A model generated the notes under the pieces. That model worked only from the letters and a program-made list of their open reading frames with translations. It was not told the origin of the DNA and searched no databases. Source: Cenococcum geophilum (taxonomy: Eukaryota). Taken from it: a stretch of DNA of 64,000 nucleotides. How positions within the stretch are numbered: position 1 is the first letter of the stretch; each line of letters starts with the position of its first letter. Below are positions 62,200-64,000 of the stretch, in pieces. The translations under genes were made by a program, and so were the position numbers. The stretch is taken from assembly GCA_050273025.1 (NCBI GenBank), contig CP158635.1, positions 15,438,001 to 15,502,000 on the forward strand, given 5' to 3'.

Positions 62200-64000
62200 T
62201 ACTAATACTACTTTTCAGCATGGGAGACTTATCTCGGTCCCAGACGATCAACCAATCATAAGCTGCTTACATAACCTTATGTTGTTGTCGTCTGGTACAC
62301 GGTTCGGAAATTTGTTAGTCCCTCGCGCCGATTAATATATAATTCTTATATAAACTCACGCGCCATACTAAATCCTTTAGCTATTAATTAACAACGAACT
62401 AACGCCTTTATAAATAATCGGCCAATGTTATGTTTTAGAACTTTATAGGGCGATTTTAATGCTACCAAAATTATTGCAAACGGCCTGGTGGTTACTACTA
62501 CATTTCGCCTTAAATAAGCGAATCTCCTCTTTAAAGCTCTGCTTAAAACTCTACTACTATTAATTAATAACAAACTAACGCCTTTATAAATAATCGGCTA
62601 ACGTTATATTCTAGAGCTTTATAAGGCAATTCTAACGCTACCAAAATTATTATAAACGGCGTTATGGTTACTGCTATATTTTGCCTTAAATATTACCACT
62701 AAAATAGTAAATATTTAGCCAGAGCTATTAACCATTACCAATCCTTAACATTTAACCTCCTATATTAATATTTATAGTAGATAAATACCTAAATAGCTAA
62801 TATATTGTATCTAGACTAACTCTGGGCCTTATTACCTGCTTTATTGCTCTTCCACTGCCTGCATAAACGCCTACACAAAAGCCTGCACGAAAGCCTGCAC
62901 GAAGCCTGCACGACGTCTGCACGAACGCCTGCACGAATACAAACTCTATATAAAGCTCTGCACAAGGCTCTGCACGAGGCTCTGCTTAAAGCTCCGGTCG
63001 AAGCTCCGGTCGAAGCTCTGGTCGAAGCTCCGGTCGAAGCTCTGGTCGAAGCTCCGGTCGAAGCTCTGGTCGAAGCTCTGGTCGAAGCTCTGGTCGAAGC
63101 TCTGGCCGAAGCTCTGGCCGAAGCTCTGCTCGAAGCTCTGCTCGAAGCTCTGCTCGAAGCTCTGCTCGAAGCTCTGCTCGAAGCTCTGCTCGAAGCTCTA
63201 TACGAGGCTCTGCTTAAAGCTCTGCACAAAGCTCTGCTCAAAGCTCTATACGAGGCTCTGCTCAAAGCTCTGCACAAGGCTCTGCTCGAAGCTCTACTCA
63301 AAACCTTATATAGAGCTTTAAAGCTCTACTAACACAGCACTAATATACTACGAAGGTTCTATAATTAGCTATATAACCACCTATATAATTATTATTATTA
63401 ATTCTATTTATTGCCCAATTTAGTCCCCTTTTAGGTCTATATAGGAAAAAGCCCTATAAGGGGAAAATCCTAAGTATTTCCTTTTAGCTAGTCCTATTTG
63501 TTCCGCCTTTACCTAGCTAGTATATCTTTATATCTTCTAGTCTACCTTATATACTATACTTCCTAGGTATATTAGAAAATCTAAAAGAAGTAGTAAAAGG
63601 GTTTAGAAATTCGCTAGTAAGCCGCCTATAGCTAGGTGGGGGTATTTAGTCCTTAAGGGGCTAGAATAGGGCGTATTATTTAGTATCCTCCTATTAGATC
63701 TTATATGCTATTTAAAACTACTAAAGAATTCCTTAGCCTATAAGCTATTTTACTACTATTTATAAGCCCCTACTTATAGAGAGTATCTAAGTAATATTAT
63801 TTATACCTACGCTAGTAAGTAGCTAGTCCCTTACTAAGCGGTAGCTATAAAATAGTAGTATATAATATACTAACTAAATAGGCCACCGGTATATATATTA
63901 AGGTAACTAAAAAGTAGTCTATATAGGCCTAATAGGGATCTAAATTAGACGTTAAGTAATAAATAAATATTATTATATATTAAGGTAAGATATTTAGAAT
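62200..64000. mobile_element. Unclassified RIP-degraded element inserted in the 3' part of Copia A; extends beyond the window
   Basis: Abrupt switch to AT-rich RIP-type sequence before any Copia 3' LTR. It contains a duplicated ~130-bp block (~62385-62515 / ~62560-62690) and a 12-bp array. The left boundary is approximate. Confidence 0.55.
62856..63330. repeat. 12-bp tandem array (CGAAGCTCTGST-like)
   Basis: Several dozen copies are seen directly; they produce the repetitive ORFs EALL/EALV and RASS. Confidence 0.92.

Noticed and set aside
62168..62360. Second HDV-like ribozyme (P1 GCCAATC/GATTAAT, L3 CCCTCGC)
   Set aside because: It needs many RIP reversions, and no convincing P2 partner or catalytic C could be placed.
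62816..63332. 161/162-aa ORFs on both strands
   Set aside because: They are by-products of a stop-free 12-bp tandem repeat, with no independent coding evidence.

Overview
Fungal (Pezizomycotina-type) genomic DNA. GC-balanced gene islands with spliceosomal introns alternate with AT-rich blocks of transposon relics carrying heavy repeat-induced point mutation (RIP; TpA excess, C>T/G>A). Host genes are a serine hydrolase/beta-lactamase-family gene, a class-V PLP enzyme, a ~1600-aa unknown protein, a bZIP factor, a hypothetical protein and a Gfo/Idh/MocA oxidoreductase. There are also two pseudogenes. Most of the AT-rich DNA resolves by TIR/LTR/TSD reading into two nested stacks. Stack 1: a second beta-lactamase-family gene is split by a 17.7-kb hAT element. 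That hAT holds a chromoviral Gypsy, two solo LTRs and a ~1-kb non-coding retroposon, and the retroposon holds a Ngaro-type tyrosine-recombinase retrotransposon carrying another solo LTR. Stack 2: pogo > Gypsy > deleted Copia > (Copia, MULE > MITE, hAT, unclassified element), running off the window end. The most notable observation is the small retroposon (26120-32375, 16-17-bp TSD). Its first ~110 nt fold by eye into an HDV-like self-cleaving ribozyme whose predicted cleavage site coincides with the element's 5' boundary. All calls come from manual reading; no searches or folding programs were run.
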